Origin: Saccostrea echinata
Taxonomy: Eukaryota
Reading direction: 5' to 3'
Assembly: GCF_033153115.1 (NCBI RefSeq)
Contig: NW_026889759.1
Span: forward strand, 7,130,001 to 7,194,000
Length of the DNA: 64,000 nt
The notes under the pieces are model-generated. The model worked only from the letters and a program-made list of their open reading frames with translations, ran no database searches and was not told the origin of the DNA. The stretch's first letter is position 1. Each line of letters begins with the position of its first letter. The position numbers were made by a program, and so were the translations under genes. This document shows, in pieces, positions 39,826 through 55,888 of this stretch.

Positions 39826-42800
39826 TCAGTCAAGGAAAGCTGTTGTAGTGTTCTTTGCACATTTAAACACCGCATTGATGAGTTTCACAAAGCCAGTGTC
39901 TTTGGGTTTCTCAAGTCCTCTCATTACCCTTTGCTTCATCACAGATACAAACTCTTTGTTGCTTAATTGCCCATCAGCTGAAAATAAACAGATTTGGGTC
40001 CAGCTTAAACACAATGGATATTATTCAATATACAATGACACTTTCAAACATGCGAGGGATTAATCAAAGTTATATAATATTTGTATAATATGTATAATAT
40101 TCATTTCTTTAAAGAACTATCTCCTTGCTAAGAAAAGATTAATCCAAATTAAATTTTTTTTCTGTATTTTCATTTTCTTATATCCATGTATATTAAATGA
40201 TTCATAGGGTTTGGAATACAACACAACAATCTAACACAGAACCTCTTGGAAGCCAAAATTTCTTTAATACATATACAGTCAAACCTCGTTATCTTGAACT
40301 CGATGGGACCAAGAAAAAACTTTGAGAAATCCGGGGATTCAAGGGTAAAATACTTAAAGAATAAATGACTTCGACATATCCATGGTATTTGAGATATAGG
40401 TGTTCGAGATACCGAAGTTCAACTGTATCTGTCAACCACAAAAATGTCACTGCTTCACCATTTTAAATTTCTTTATGATTAGTTCACTTTCAATTTTATG
40501 CTTTAGTCTTGATTTTCTGTAAACTAGTGTAAGTTGATGCAGTTGATCTTAAGTTGATCTTACCATTTTCATCAAACAACGTAAACACCAGCTCCACCAC
40601 ATGATCTGAGAGCTTGACCCCTGCCACTGTTGCTGCCACATGCTTCAACGTCTCTGTCACATAAGAATTAAATAAGATACTAATAATTAATTATTTTTCA
40701 TGCAACGTTTATTTTATAAAGCTGTGCATCCTTCACATAACACTTCCTGTTAACTGTATATCGTAAGGGATGTTTACATGCTGCATACTGATAGCAATGC
40801 TCACTCACCTTCATCAATTGACACACCAGCTAGGTGATAAAAACTAAGGGCAGTGTCAACATCATTAATGCTTTTTAGGAACATCCAGAAGTTTAAGTAC
40901 TCATCAAAAGTAATGCCCTGCAACAAATATTCAGTACATCATCAATATGTTCAGTAAATCAAGAAAATATTCAGTTACAGCAAATCAATACAAATATATG
41001 TATTATTCCATTCAAAGAAAAGGACAAAAAATTTTCTCTTTTCTTTCTTTCATGTAAAAAGGTAATATAGGCACTGAAGAAGTTATATCTGCAACTACAG
41101 TTGACAAAAAGACAACATTTATTATTCAAAATGTAAGATCTATATACAGTGAAACCTGTCTAATCTGACATGCACTTGGAGAAAAATTTTGTGTCAGAAA
41201 AAACAGAATGTCAGATTGCAGTGTAAAGAACATAGAAAACATTTAAATGGGAATTTAAGGATATACACAATGTAGTTTTCAACCTTGTTTTTTTTCTTCT
41301 TCCCTATATAATTTCAATAATTGAAGCACCTTTGAGCAATTTAATGATGCCTAATAATGCTGTACACTCCTCTGCATCAAATTTTGAGGAAATACCAGCT
41401 ACACTTTAAAAAAAAAACCCACACACACAAGGATTAATTTTCATCATTTGATATCTATTCACAACTGGTAATGTATGCTGTTTTTTTTTTTTTTTTTGTC
41501 ATAGAACATCTGATACTATTATGATTTTAAATAGAGAATATCTTGGAAAATTATCAGATGGAAAGGTACATTGTAAAGTACATGTACATTGCATATGACC
41601 TTTACTATGGGTTGGAATTCACAATGAAATGGATTGGACAGGTGTAAGATTAGTTTTCACTGTACATGTATTTCTCATTTCCAACATGACTCTTCTTTTT
41701 CTGAAAAATTATAACTCTTATGTTACAACCAACTTTTCAACTTTTTTTTTTTTATCCCACTGTCACTTTCTGCATTGATATAATAGGTTCCTAAATCCAC
41801 CAAAATGGATTTTAATGATATTCCCCATTATGTACATCTAACCTGATACTAAAATCTTCGGTGGAATATACCCATGGCCCACTAGTATTTATACATTTAT
41901 CCATCAGCCTTTTAAATCCTTTACATGTTTAGTTAGAATTTACTCGATGATTCTCACCTTAGGGTCCTCCTTGTACTTCTTCTTGACTCTCTTCAACATG
42001 CGAGATTTTTTCTGGTCTGGATATCCTGCGTATGTCAGAAGAATGCGACCAAAGTCTTTCTCTGAGATCTTCCCCTTCTCCTCATAGAGTGGATCATATC
42101 GGTCAAACTGTGAAACAGATTCAGCAAGCATGTAGAGTTTTCAACCAATTGCATCAAGTTTCAATGCAATAATTTTTTGACAAAGTTTATAATCAACTGG
42201 TATTAAAAAGATCATCTAATGATATTGTTCAGAATTTTCATAAAAATTATTCCTTCATTAATTGTATCTCAATTTGACTTGAAATATTATGTAAAAGTTG
42301 ATGGCAGTGCTTTCAATTATTTTGCCAGAAGTGAATAGATGAATTTATCCATTTGAAGAGGCTGTTTTAGTATTATTTCCAATAATTTACTTTGCCAATT
42401 ATGAAATTCAAAGCAATGGATTCCGATGATTGAAATGGTGATAAATTGCCTCCTGTTGCCCCTTTATATTGAAAGTTTTGATAAGGTCTTGGCCTCAAAC
42501 TTACAAATTCTTACTACTTCTGTCCCAGTTTAAGACAATAATTTCCCCCAGTTTAACCTAATCCTGTTCTGGATTAAAGAGATATTTTTTTTCCAGTTTA
42601 ATGAGATTACTTACCTCTATGCGTAAGACTTCATTTTGAAGTCTCTGTTGGAATGTGAGAAATTCTTTGACAGTGAGTTTCTTCTTTCCATCTGGACCAA
42701 AAAAGTAGTTCAGCAGGGCTGAGCCAACCCCCTTATTTACACTTCCTGTGACAACATGATCTTTGTGTCGTTTACCAATACTGGTTTGGTTTCTTATGAT

Positions 42801-45800
42801 ATCGTTGACCTATACAAAATGAATACAAGAATTTATGAATTTGATTATCATTTTGCATTAACAGAGTTTCATTTGAAAGAAATGATACTTATAGAGGAAT
42901 ATTAGTCATTTATCTCAGGGACAGTTAGCTCTCTTATCAGAGGGTCAATGAACCTTAATGATATATCTGGGATTTAAAATTTTAGTATTTCTGATCATTT
43001 TATATGTATGTTTAAATGTTCTTTAACTACTGGTATATACTTTTGAGAGTCAATAAACTAACTTTTTCAAACTCTTCAATGTCCACTTCACCATCTCCAT
43101 TGAAGTCAAACATTTTAAATGCAATTTGAAAATTCCTTGGTGGTGCTGAAATATAAAAGAAAAAGTTGGTTTAATCCATGTACATTTATAAAAGATATTC
43201 TTTGATGATACTGGCAGTACATTTGATAAATAGTGACTAAGATTTTTTTTAAAATGCATGTCCATATATTTGTACATGTAGTTCTCTCTTTTTTTAACCT
43301 CCAATGTGCCCCTTTTCATAACAACTTCCCAAAGAGAACAGTAGGGGAGAAATATTTAACCTACTAGATAACAGTCAGGAGAAATATGTGATCCACTTAC
43401 TAGAGAGAACAGTCAGGAGAAACATGTAATCTACTTACTAGAGAGAACAGTCAGGAGAAATATGTAATCAGAGAAGGAAATGAGACCACTCTCTCCCATC
43501 TGATAGAAAATGCTGTCCTCCCCTAGGTTCCATTCCACTTTGCTGTGCTGAAATAGTGTAGAAACACAATGACGTGAAACTGAAAATGGACCCATGGATG
43601 TGATCAAAATTAAGATTTATCTCTTATCTATGGACATATTTATATGAAAAGTATTTCATAAGTAAAATTTGACAATCATTTTAACTTATCATTACATAAT
43701 CTATTCATAGCATGTAGTCTAACTAAGATGATCTAATGTATATTATTTAATTTATTAATGTGAAAGCAAGCAGTGCTGTACTTTTTAATTGTTTTATATA
43801 ATAACTGTTTTTTAGATTATAAATATTATAAAATAACTGAATACATTAGGTACAACAGAGTTACACTACATGTATTAATTGAGAATAATGTAAAAAAAAA
43901 ATATAAATAAATAAAAGATATGTAGGTATATTTATATCAAAATTTATGTACATTAAAAAAATCATGTCATGCATTAACACACACATATTTTTTGCGGATT
44001 TATTATGCAGTCTATCAAAGGTGAACTTCATTGTGGAAATGAAACACATGCCTGCTGTCAAATGTGATTTTCAATTGTGTTGAGGTCATTCCACAATACC
44101 GTAATTGGTCTTTTAAGAACCAACCTTTCGAAAGTGAGCACAGAAAGGTAGGAATGAAAACAAACTGGTGCACATGATGGCAATGCAATAGGTTTTATCA
44201 GTCTCATAAAAAGTTGTAGGTAAATTTAATTTTTTTCTTGTTGCATGTTTCATGCAGGTAACTTAAGTTGAAGTGGTCAGGCAAAGCATTTTGCATGGCA
44301 GCAATCAATGTTTACCTTTGATTGTAAGCACTAAAAAATTCTTCATTTCTAAAGTCAATTATTTTAATATATCAGACATGTACTAGTGTGAAGAGTATTA
44401 AGACCTCAAATTCTAGTACCAAAGTAAATACGTACATGTAAGGAATTTTTCGTCACACAAGTCAGATAATTAGCTTAATATAACACAATCATGTATACAT
44501 TTTGTCATTTAACACACATCACTTTGAAACACAGTGGTATTAGCAAGACCACCACAATGAAGGCAATATGGTTAGGGCCTCATACACTCTAATGATAGTA
44601 TCTAAAGTTGAATTCAATACACCATTTTTACTTATATTATGCATATCAACTAAACTAGATTCCTAGTAACATCTCAATCTGATTATGACTTTTATTAGGG
44701 CCAGTGGCCCACAGACAGAATTACAGCATTTCCACTTGTTTCTCCTTTCAGATTTCTTTACAAAGCAAAAACAGACTAAACATGATGGGTGGAGGGCAAA
44801 ATGAAAAGATGGAGATTTTGGATCTCTTATGAAGTACATTAAATTGTGTGGAGGAGGTCAAATGTCATGTTATTTTTCTGTGACTGGAGGGTGCAGTGTG
44901 ATAGAAAGACAAATTTCAAATTCTAAATAAATATACTTCATGATTATTGTTTTCCTGAAAGAAAATTGAACACCCTATAAGCTTGGTCAATGATACTTAT
45001 AATCAAAATCTGACAAAGTTGGATTTTATTAAATGTTTGTATTGATATACTGTATACTCAAAGACAAGAATATATACAATTTCAGATACACACAAAAATA
45101 TGAACAGCTACACTCTGTATGGGCATTCCGAGCTATGACAGGCTTGCTTAACTGATTACATGATGTCATTCTACAGCAAGCCTTGCAAAACTCACCACTT
45201 TAAGCGGACACAGCCTCGGCACACTTAAGATTGTTTTCTTCTGTTGAATACGATCGGATAAGGGTGAGAATATGACAGGTGACATGGCATGACATGAAAG
45301 ATGCTTAACAGTGTGACAAAATGGCATTCAAATACAAATGCATGTTATGGGATTCTAACTGTTAAATGATCTTAAGGCATTAAACAACATAAGTGTATGA
45401 AGGAGATCCCAACTGTTCTGTCCCTTTGTAGCTTCAAAATATTTTAAGATAAGAAATAACTGTAAACACTATGCACCCAGAAAATTAAGAAGGAAAAAAA
45501 AAAATACATAAATAAATAAATAAAACCTACCTTTACCTCTCTGACAATTTTTCTCTATATAGAGAGTATATGTAGTTTCAAGAGCTATCAAAAGATTTCA
45601 AGAGTTCCTGACTCAACGCAAGCTCAGTTACAATATTTTTTGTCATTGGTTAATGAAACAAAGACATGAAAATGATGAAAAAAATCAAGCACTCAAGTGA
45701 TACTTAAGACATGTGATGTCTTATCTATGAGAATTACTTTGACCTTGAACTCTATCGACTCTGACCTTGAACTTACATGGTAGAAGTTAAATCTGCACAT

Positions 45801-48800
45801 CTATGTTTTAAACAGTAGAAATTTCAATTATGAAGTTTTCAAAAGGTTAAAGCTTTGGTCAAAGCTGTGAACACAGATACTCAGAAAGTAAACCATATTA
45901 TAAATGTTCCCAATGATGAATGCATTTAGTTCTGTTGATTACATAAGCATTCTGAATTACTTCAGGGCTTCTAAATACCATCTACGTGTACAGTGGCTCC
46001 CTAATCTATACACATACCGGTACATTTGACTTTTTTTGCCCATTCTCAAAAATAATAAACATTATAAATGTCCAAATAGTGTGCATAAAATCAAAGCTTA
46101 ACTATATGCAAGAATTACAAGAAATTCCTTTGTTCAACAGTTACATATGTATCATCTTCAAATAAAAATTCCTTTCAGTAATAAAGCAAAAATATACAGC
46201 AGCACATTTAAAGTTTAGTAAAACAGCACCGTGATTGAAATTTGAACTGCAAAGCATCAAATATTTATTAGTAGAGATAACAGTTAGTATAAAACACAGG
46301 GCAGATGTTTCCACTGTAGATATTATGTTACTTCTATAGGTAAAGGTTACGATTACATCGAGGACGTAATTCAAGAATTTCTCAGATTCATGGTCATATG
46401 TTTTTTTTTTTTTTTTGCGGGATATGCCAACAAAATGTGTAAGTATTTAAAAGTTAATGATTATTTTTATATCAAAGCTTAGTCATCAAACTGATTTTGT
46501 CTAAACAGGGGGCATGGAATTAATATACTGTACTGTAATATCCCAATGAAATAGAACAGGATAAAAAAAGAGCCAGCACCAGAAAAAAGTTTCCTTACAA
46601 GAAGTACAATACAGCAAAGTTTATTCATCACTAAATAAAGTATATTGCATTGTGTACAAAAAGATAGATGATGGTGTGCAAATAAAATTTAATGTATATT
46701 TACTGCTATTCTCTATATATTATCTAAAGTTAGCTACAAACATCTGCCCTCTTCTTTATTATAATTGTCAATATGCAAAAAAAAAAAAAAAAAAAAAAAG
46801 AACAGAGAAATATTTGAAGCAACTCACCAAGATTTGCTTAAAATCTTCTGACTTAGCCAAGACAGATAGAACAAATACTTAGTACTGTACATTACTTAGC
46901 TAATTTCAAAAGAAAATTTATTATTCACAAAATCCCCATGCAAATAAAAAGGAATATTTTTAAAGTCATCTTTTTAACTAATTAACCAAATGATTTAATT
47001 TCAACAATACAGCGTTCACTTAGCAGCTTTAAATCGTAAATTTGGATTTTCAACAAAAATAATCTTAGTTTTATACATTAATTATAAAGCAACATAGCAA
47101 CAAGACAAGAAACAATCTATCTGTGCATGTATATTTTAAACTAACAAAGGCAAAACCATACTTGCTGTGGCTAATATAAACTGCATTAACATTATATAAA
47201 TAGTGCACGTTTTTGAGGGTAACAGTTGAAATTGACACCCCAAGGAAAACCATTGTCAACCGACGCGTCCGCGGAGGTTGACAATGGTTTTCCGAGGGGT
47301 GTCAATTTCAACTGTTACCCTCAAAAACGTGCACTATTTATTTTATTATACTGAATGTCTTATTGATTTCGGATGTCATAAAAAAAAATCGGAGATCGTC
47401 GTTAACTTCACGCTTAGAAAGCTTTCAAACTCCCGCTTCTATTTTTCTCAATAGGAAAGCTTCGTAAAAGATTTACCAACCTCTTTATTATTTGTTTGCT
47501 ACTCAAAAAGTCCTTTATCACCTAAAGTTTGCACTCGCAAGGATGTTTCGTCTGTCGTTTGTATTTTTCAAGTAAGCTACATCGGACGCAAGCTTTTACT
47601 GACGTCGTTTATTCGGCTTCTTTCAAACGCACAACCGACGTTTTGAGAATTCTACGGTGAACCGTACGCGCATGATTTAAACGCATGTGATATTTTCGTA
47701 ATGTTACCCGTTGTCAAGTGTGTTGCTAACGCTGAGGGTAATATTACGGATTGTTAAATGTGTCTAAACCAATCAGATTTTAGTATTTAACATGAAAGTA
47801 TAATAATGAGCAATATCTGCTAGTAACAGCTGGTGTCTGCCATAAATTCAAACTCTAACCTATTCAAAGTATTCTTTCAGTGTGTACTTAGCTACATATG
47901 ATGGAAGGATTTTTTTAAATTACTTCTTCCTACACCACTGAGACTCAGTGAAATGGTAATATATCTTCTCACGGCCGTTGTATCTCAACTTAATGTAATG
48001 ATAATCATTGAAACTTACAAAATTAAATGTCAGTAATTTTCAAAGAGGGTATGATAACTTTGTTATGGTCAATAACATCAATATACATTGCATAAACATG
48101 TACATAACATTCAATTTTTTTTTATCTTGATGGTTCATAAGTTGGTCTATTACATCAAGCTTTTGCAAAGCTAGCAACAACAGAGCCTATTTTATTCACT
48201 TGAAGATACCCTACTGGCAAATAGGACTGAAACATAATCATGCCCATGTCACAATTACAGAACTACAGAACCACTCAAAATATAACACCTTATATGCTTA
48301 GCACATCATTTATTGTATTGTAACAGGAAAAATATTTTTCAGAATGAAATTCTAAACATATTTGTTTGATTTTTATTGGTTTTTGGAACAAACTACATAC
48401 ACATTATTTTTTTGTTGATTGTTTTGGGTTCAAAATTTTTACCTGCTAAATACTGTCAGAGTTGAGATTCAGAGATTTTTTTCCTGTGTAGAATTAGTTG
48501 ATTGAAATTTTTTTTTAGTTTTTGAGAGCACATTGAAAGAGGCTTTTCTTCTTTTAATTTATGAAGGGGATATTTCTAACATTGTTATGGATATGCATAG
48601 ATAAATGTACACATATGCACAGTGTTTGTTTGTTAGAGGGCTCTTAATAAGGAATAAGAAGCTAACAATAAATTTACTGCCATAAGAAAAAAAAACAGTG
48701 TTAACATGGTTAAATTCCTAGTGTTTTCTATAATAAAAAATATTGTGACTAGAATTTTGCTGATTTTAATAAACTGGTGACAATGTGAAAATTAGAGTAG

Positions 48801-51023
48801 ATTACAATATAATTCTGTCTTTAACAATCCAACAATAAAGTATATCCTACCTGAGGATCAAACTTGATAAATCTGTCCAAGTCCAGTCCTACAAAATACA
48901 AGGAAATCAGATTTAACTGTGACCTCAGTTATCTCTTTACATTTATATTTACATGTAGTATTACTTTTTATGCTGTATCTCCTTCAATTCTTGATGACAA
49001 TCAAAACATTTCTTAAAAACAAGCTAAATAAATTAATACGTAAATCTTTTTAAGGTTGGAACACATGGTAAGGCTCGACTTACAAATCGTAAGATTTACA
49101 TGATTATAAACAACATTTCCATAATTTTTTGTATTTTTTCTTTAGGGAGAGAATATGTAACCTTCCTAATTGCATAAGTGCAATTAACAAAAAAAAAAAA
49201 CCCAAAACAAAACACATTACCATAAGAAATTGTTGGGGGAGCTGATACTGTTTTTAAAATGAATTTACTTTCTGAAAAAAATACATGTATCCCCATAACC
49301 TTCTTACAAATTCTTTGTAAACCTTACCCTCAGGCTGTTTCATCCCTGGGGTAATGGAGCGAACAAAGTCCTCGGGAGTCATGTATATTTCCCAGCCTTT
49401 GTCTTCCCCATGGTGTACTTTCAGAGTAGCAAAATAGCGGAAAATCTTATCAGGGGTTGAATAGGCTCGGATTCTATTCTCGTATTCTATAATCTGTAAA
49501 TAAATGGTTGTGAACATTACAATTTTACATGGTTGAAGCAGTTAAATTGTAAAATTGCCTTAACAGTAACATGAATTTAAATATATCTCCTGCATTCACT
49601 ATTTTTTTTCTTACATTAAATCCTACTATTTTTTTTTAAAGGCAAGTGTTATATTGTGCATCTGATCCCTAACTCATATTCCCCCAACCAGATTCTGCAA
49701 ATTCAGCAACATATATGTACCAGGGAAGATTCATTATTGTCGTAAAAAAATGTAAGTATTTATATTTGAAATTTAACTCATCCAAAAACTTTTGAACCCC
49801 AAGGTTACTTTTGTATTTAATACATCCTTAAATACATTACTTAGGTATTCATACTTGCAGAAAAAAAACTATATCCCAAATTTGTTATATATACTAGTAT
49901 TTTAACAAATTTGTTCTATGGATCAAATTACAAATACAGTGTATAGCAAAGAAAATTTGCAGGTCCCCTGGAGTTCACTATAAACAGGTTTTACTGTAAT
50001 CCTGTATGCAGACAAGGAATATTGCTCACTCTCTTCTCCCTGAAGCCAATCTTCTTTTTCTTGACCTCTTCTTCCCCCTCCCCATCTTCCTGGTGTCCCA
50101 CGGCCTCAGGTTCTGCTGCATTCACACTAAAAAAAAATATTCATTCTACTGAAAATTCTTATCTACCTCAAGACTTTTTAGAGTATTTTCGTTTCCAGGT
50201 GTCTCAGGAAAAAATATAACATTATAATCATCTGAAGGTGTTATAAGTGCTAAAATCTTAATTTATCAGCATTACCTATCAATATCTGTTACACAAGAGA
50301 CCTATACTGCTTATCTGAGTTGAAAACCTAAAATCATTTTCTTCACCTAAAAGCTCAAATAGTGTGGTGAAAACATTAAAATTCCCATTAATTTATACAT
50401 ACCTTTTATTTTTTGATTTAAAAAAGGAAAAGTCACCATAAAATCTATGAAAAAAAAAGTTTTAAAAATTCATGATATCACAAAATTAAAATGTGTAATC
50501 TACATACATGTATATGAATTACCCATCAGATGGAGATGTAATTTAATAAAAAATTTTGCTTTATATTTGCATATTGATATCTTTTTAAATCATTTTTCTT
50601 TTTATATATTAAAAAAAAAATTCTTATTTAAAAATTATCTAATAATCTGTATAGTAAGGACATCTCAAACTAGCAACACAGATGTTTATTTTAAGCTAAT
50701 AGTTAAAGTTAAGAGACATACCCTACAAAAGAACCAAGAATGATTAACCCCATTGTGAGAACGTAAATTGTGGTCCTTTTGGAAAAGCGTGGTCTGGGTG
50801 ATAAACCACTGTAAGATGCCCCTCTCCTTATCAGCAGCAAGGATGTGGTTCTGTAAAACCTGACAGGTTGTAAGCTCACAATGGACAATGGTGGACAACT
50901 ACTGCTCACCAACCAATGTGACACATTGTCTCTGCAAAGGCCTTTTTGCAGCTCTTTGGAAGGCAGTCCAACAAATAGTCTGCTTTTTCCACAAGCAACT
51001 GGAAGCCTAGCAGCTCTCCACAT
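39826..51023 (-). CDS. MICU1: Calcium uptake protein 1, mitochondrial (MICU1/CBARA1), 496-aa constitutive isoform
   Basis: Exons (minus): 51023-50722, 50126-50030, 49493-49328, 48888-48851, 43547-43439, 43145-43063, 42809-42615, 42107-41958, 40917-40809, 40653-40564, 39977-39826. Motifs: polybasic [44 protein letters not shown]-hands [12 protein letters not shown] and [23 protein letters not shown]. Confidence 0.95.
40274..40427. mobile_element. Tc1/mariner-pogo-type MITE
   Basis: TA-CAGTCAAACCTCG...AAGTTCAACTG-TA. Confidence 0.6.
41145..41664. mobile_element. Tc1/mariner-pogo-type MITE
   Basis: TA-CAGTGAAACCTGTCT...GATTAGTTTTCACTG-TA. Confidence 0.55.
43325..43470 (-). repeat. ~38-bp tandem repeat (4 copies) of a MICU1 exon end plus its 5' splice site
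   Basis: Minus-strand unit GATTACATATTTCTCCTGACTGTTCTCTCTA-GTAAGTA. Donors at 43438, 43400 and 43364; the fourth copy is degenerate. Confidence 0.85.
47196..47806. mobile_element. Non-autonomous element with a ~145-bp terminal palindrome (Crypton-like, tentative)
   Basis: ~47196-47264 pairs with ~47275-47341 almost perfectly; TTATTATAC...GTATAATAA inverted motifs bound the rest. Confidence 0.6.
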
Positions 51024-52619
51024 CTTTTAATGTTGTGAAAAATCTACAAATAACGGTAAATGTAACATGTAGGAACAATTACAGAGGAAACTAACTAAAG
51101 TCTGCAAATTTGTAAAGCAATTTTTGTGTGCAAGTACCATAGAATTCCTTCCCTTCCACAATTCAAAGCAAAAATGGGAAAAAAAAACAAAAAACCCAGA
51201 CGCGACCAAGATTAAGTTCTTTTGGTGAGCTCAAGGAAAAAATAATAATTACGTCTTCTCTTAAAAAAAAAGTCAATGCCTTTCACTCAAAATTTCCACT
51301 CTTTAGCCTCCATAATGGAAGTGCAACTAAAATATATGAAAAAAGATGTGACACTATACGCTAGACTTAGTGCACAGACCTTCAATCTTCCAGTATGTCA
51401 TAAAAGGTTTGAAAAGGAGGATCAAAGTTATAAACATGTATACATAGGTATTTGATGGTATCGACTCAATAATCAGATGTAATTGATTGCTTTTAAAAAA
51501 AGCTGTAATCAGCTTGTAATCGATTACATGTACTTTTAGAATCCAAAGTAATTGTAATTTAATCAATTACTTTTGAAAGTAATTGACCCCATCCCTGGTA
51601 TCGAGCAAAAAATATGACAGGCATTTCATGTTTTGTAGTTGTACATGGGATTTATTTCACGAGTGGAATAGTAATTTTTTTTTTATTTTCACTAAGCAAA
51701 GATATGATTACATAAATATGGAAAATATGAAAAAAATTAAACAACCTCAGATAAATTAGATCCTAGTTTGTTCAAAACATGACACTTGGGGGAGGGGGGG
51801 GGGGGGGGCTAGAAGAGGCAAACAAAGTTTTATGTATGAATATAAAGGAGAAAAAAAATCTGCTGATGAAGAGTGGCAGGGCCATATTGACTAAGGTGAG
51901 CGAAGATGTGGTCCATGGGCCTCTTATTTTTTGAACTTGATAGTTTTTATCAGAGAATTTTCTGGACAAAAAATTTTGTTTGTCATAATTTCATGCACCT
52001 GACAAATAGATGGTGTAACCCCCCCCCCCCCCCCCTCCCCGATGGAATATATGTTTAATAGGCTAAGAATTCAGGTATTTTTGATAAGTGATCATGTATG
52101 ATAAAAATTTTCAGAGAGTTGGGGGGAGGGGGGTAGAGGGGGGTTTAAACCATCCATTCACCAGGTGCCTGTGATAAATACTACTGCACTCATCTCACGG
52201 TCTCGGTGAATACACCATCAAGCATATAACTATTATTCACATGAAGAATTGATTTGTTAGCCTTATGCTTAAATATGCTACAATGCAGTGATTTCAGGTA
52301 GACACCCATTTTGTAATGTTTATTATACAAACGTGTCCCTCTTATTTGCCCCGAATAAATATACCAAATTGAATGTGAAAAGTTCACAATAATGAACATG
52401 GGGGATCATGTATCTAGGACGAGTTGACCTCATATCATATGCAAACCTGCCAGGAGGGATATTTGGCAATCATACAACGTTATGCATTAAACATACATTT
52501 TTTTCGTAAATCAAGCATTACTTGCAATTTTCTGAATAGGTTAACATTAAACCTTAACCTGTTTACTGCATGGAAAATTATGTATATTTTCCTAAAAGCA
52601 GGTTTTTTCTGGCCAGTAG

Positions 52620-54663
<2,044 letters not shown>

Positions 54664-55888
54664 AAGAATAAATTGTGATAATGACATTGATTATGAAATA
54701 GACAAAGACTTGATAAAAATTCACATTTTTGGTATAATGAAATGTGGAATAGTGATAAATAAATGTATAATGGGTTTTTTTTTTCATTTATTATTGACTG
54801 CGAGAGAGAAGGATTCAAAATGCAAGTGTTTCCTCATACAATTGCTAAGAGGTCCTTGAATAAATGTCCCTATATAAAGTCTTCACTTTGGCTGTGATGA
54901 GCACCATGTAAAAAAGACTAACGTTTTGTGAATTGCCAGTCTTTTGATTAGTCTGTGTATCAAAGAGGAATAACTCTTAGTAATTGTACAGCAAGATATA
55001 TGACATTTTTTTGGTTTAATCTCTCAATAGCAGTACCCTTAGCAAGGTGTTGGATTCTTGTCATTGAAAGACAAATATTTTCAATTATGCAGTAATGAAA
55101 GAATGTTTTCTGTTGTAAACTAAAGCTACCTGTGAAACAGGATTAAAAAATCTCGAATCTGTAATTATTGTATACAGCTGTATTATAACTTTTGGGAAAA
55201 AGTGCTAGTCTGAGACTTGTTTTAGGTAATCTAAGCACAATCATAACTATTGCTACCTGATCCTGTCTGTCATTGTGTGCTGTTTTTCTTGCATGTTCTC
55301 TAAAAATGACAGCAGCTGTTTCAGCCATTGGTATATACACAAATATTGGTAAAAGATAAGATTTATTGAAACCAATACCAAAGTAATACAGAAAAAAAAT
55401 ACTGGTACCATCAATCTGACATGGAAAAAAGATTTATATATTTGTAAATGGCAATAAAATATGTAATACATACAAAGACTGATCGATAGATTGATTTTTG
55501 GTATATAAAAATGGACATTATATACCATATTGTCACCTTCATTTTAAATAGAGACTGATGAGAAAAGGGGCAATAAATTTTTTTTACAAAGGTCTCCAAC
55601 ATGAAAGGGACGATGGTTGTGAACAGCTGAAAAATGAAAGAAATAAATATTGTTTAAATGCTTCAAAAGAAAGAAGTAAACAAAGATAATTTAAAACAAA
55701 GTAAGGAGATAAAGGGTTGTTTTAATTGAATTTACTTGGGTGGATGTAAATACCAAAAATACAACATGCAAAGTCTGACTTAGAAAAGAAATTAAACGAA
55801 GTATGAAATGTAAAATACTCATGAGATGATGAATCAAAGACTATTCTTGATTATGTTTAGTGGTAAAACATAAGTAACTCACCACGCC

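Noticed and set aside
45525-45545. Further AG..GT micro-segments in the large MICU1 intron (10 nt here, 14 nt at ~47925-47937, 7 nt at ~47020)
   Set aside because: They are frame-shifting with weak polypyrimidine tracts. They show that chance candidates occur, so they were left out of the microexon set.
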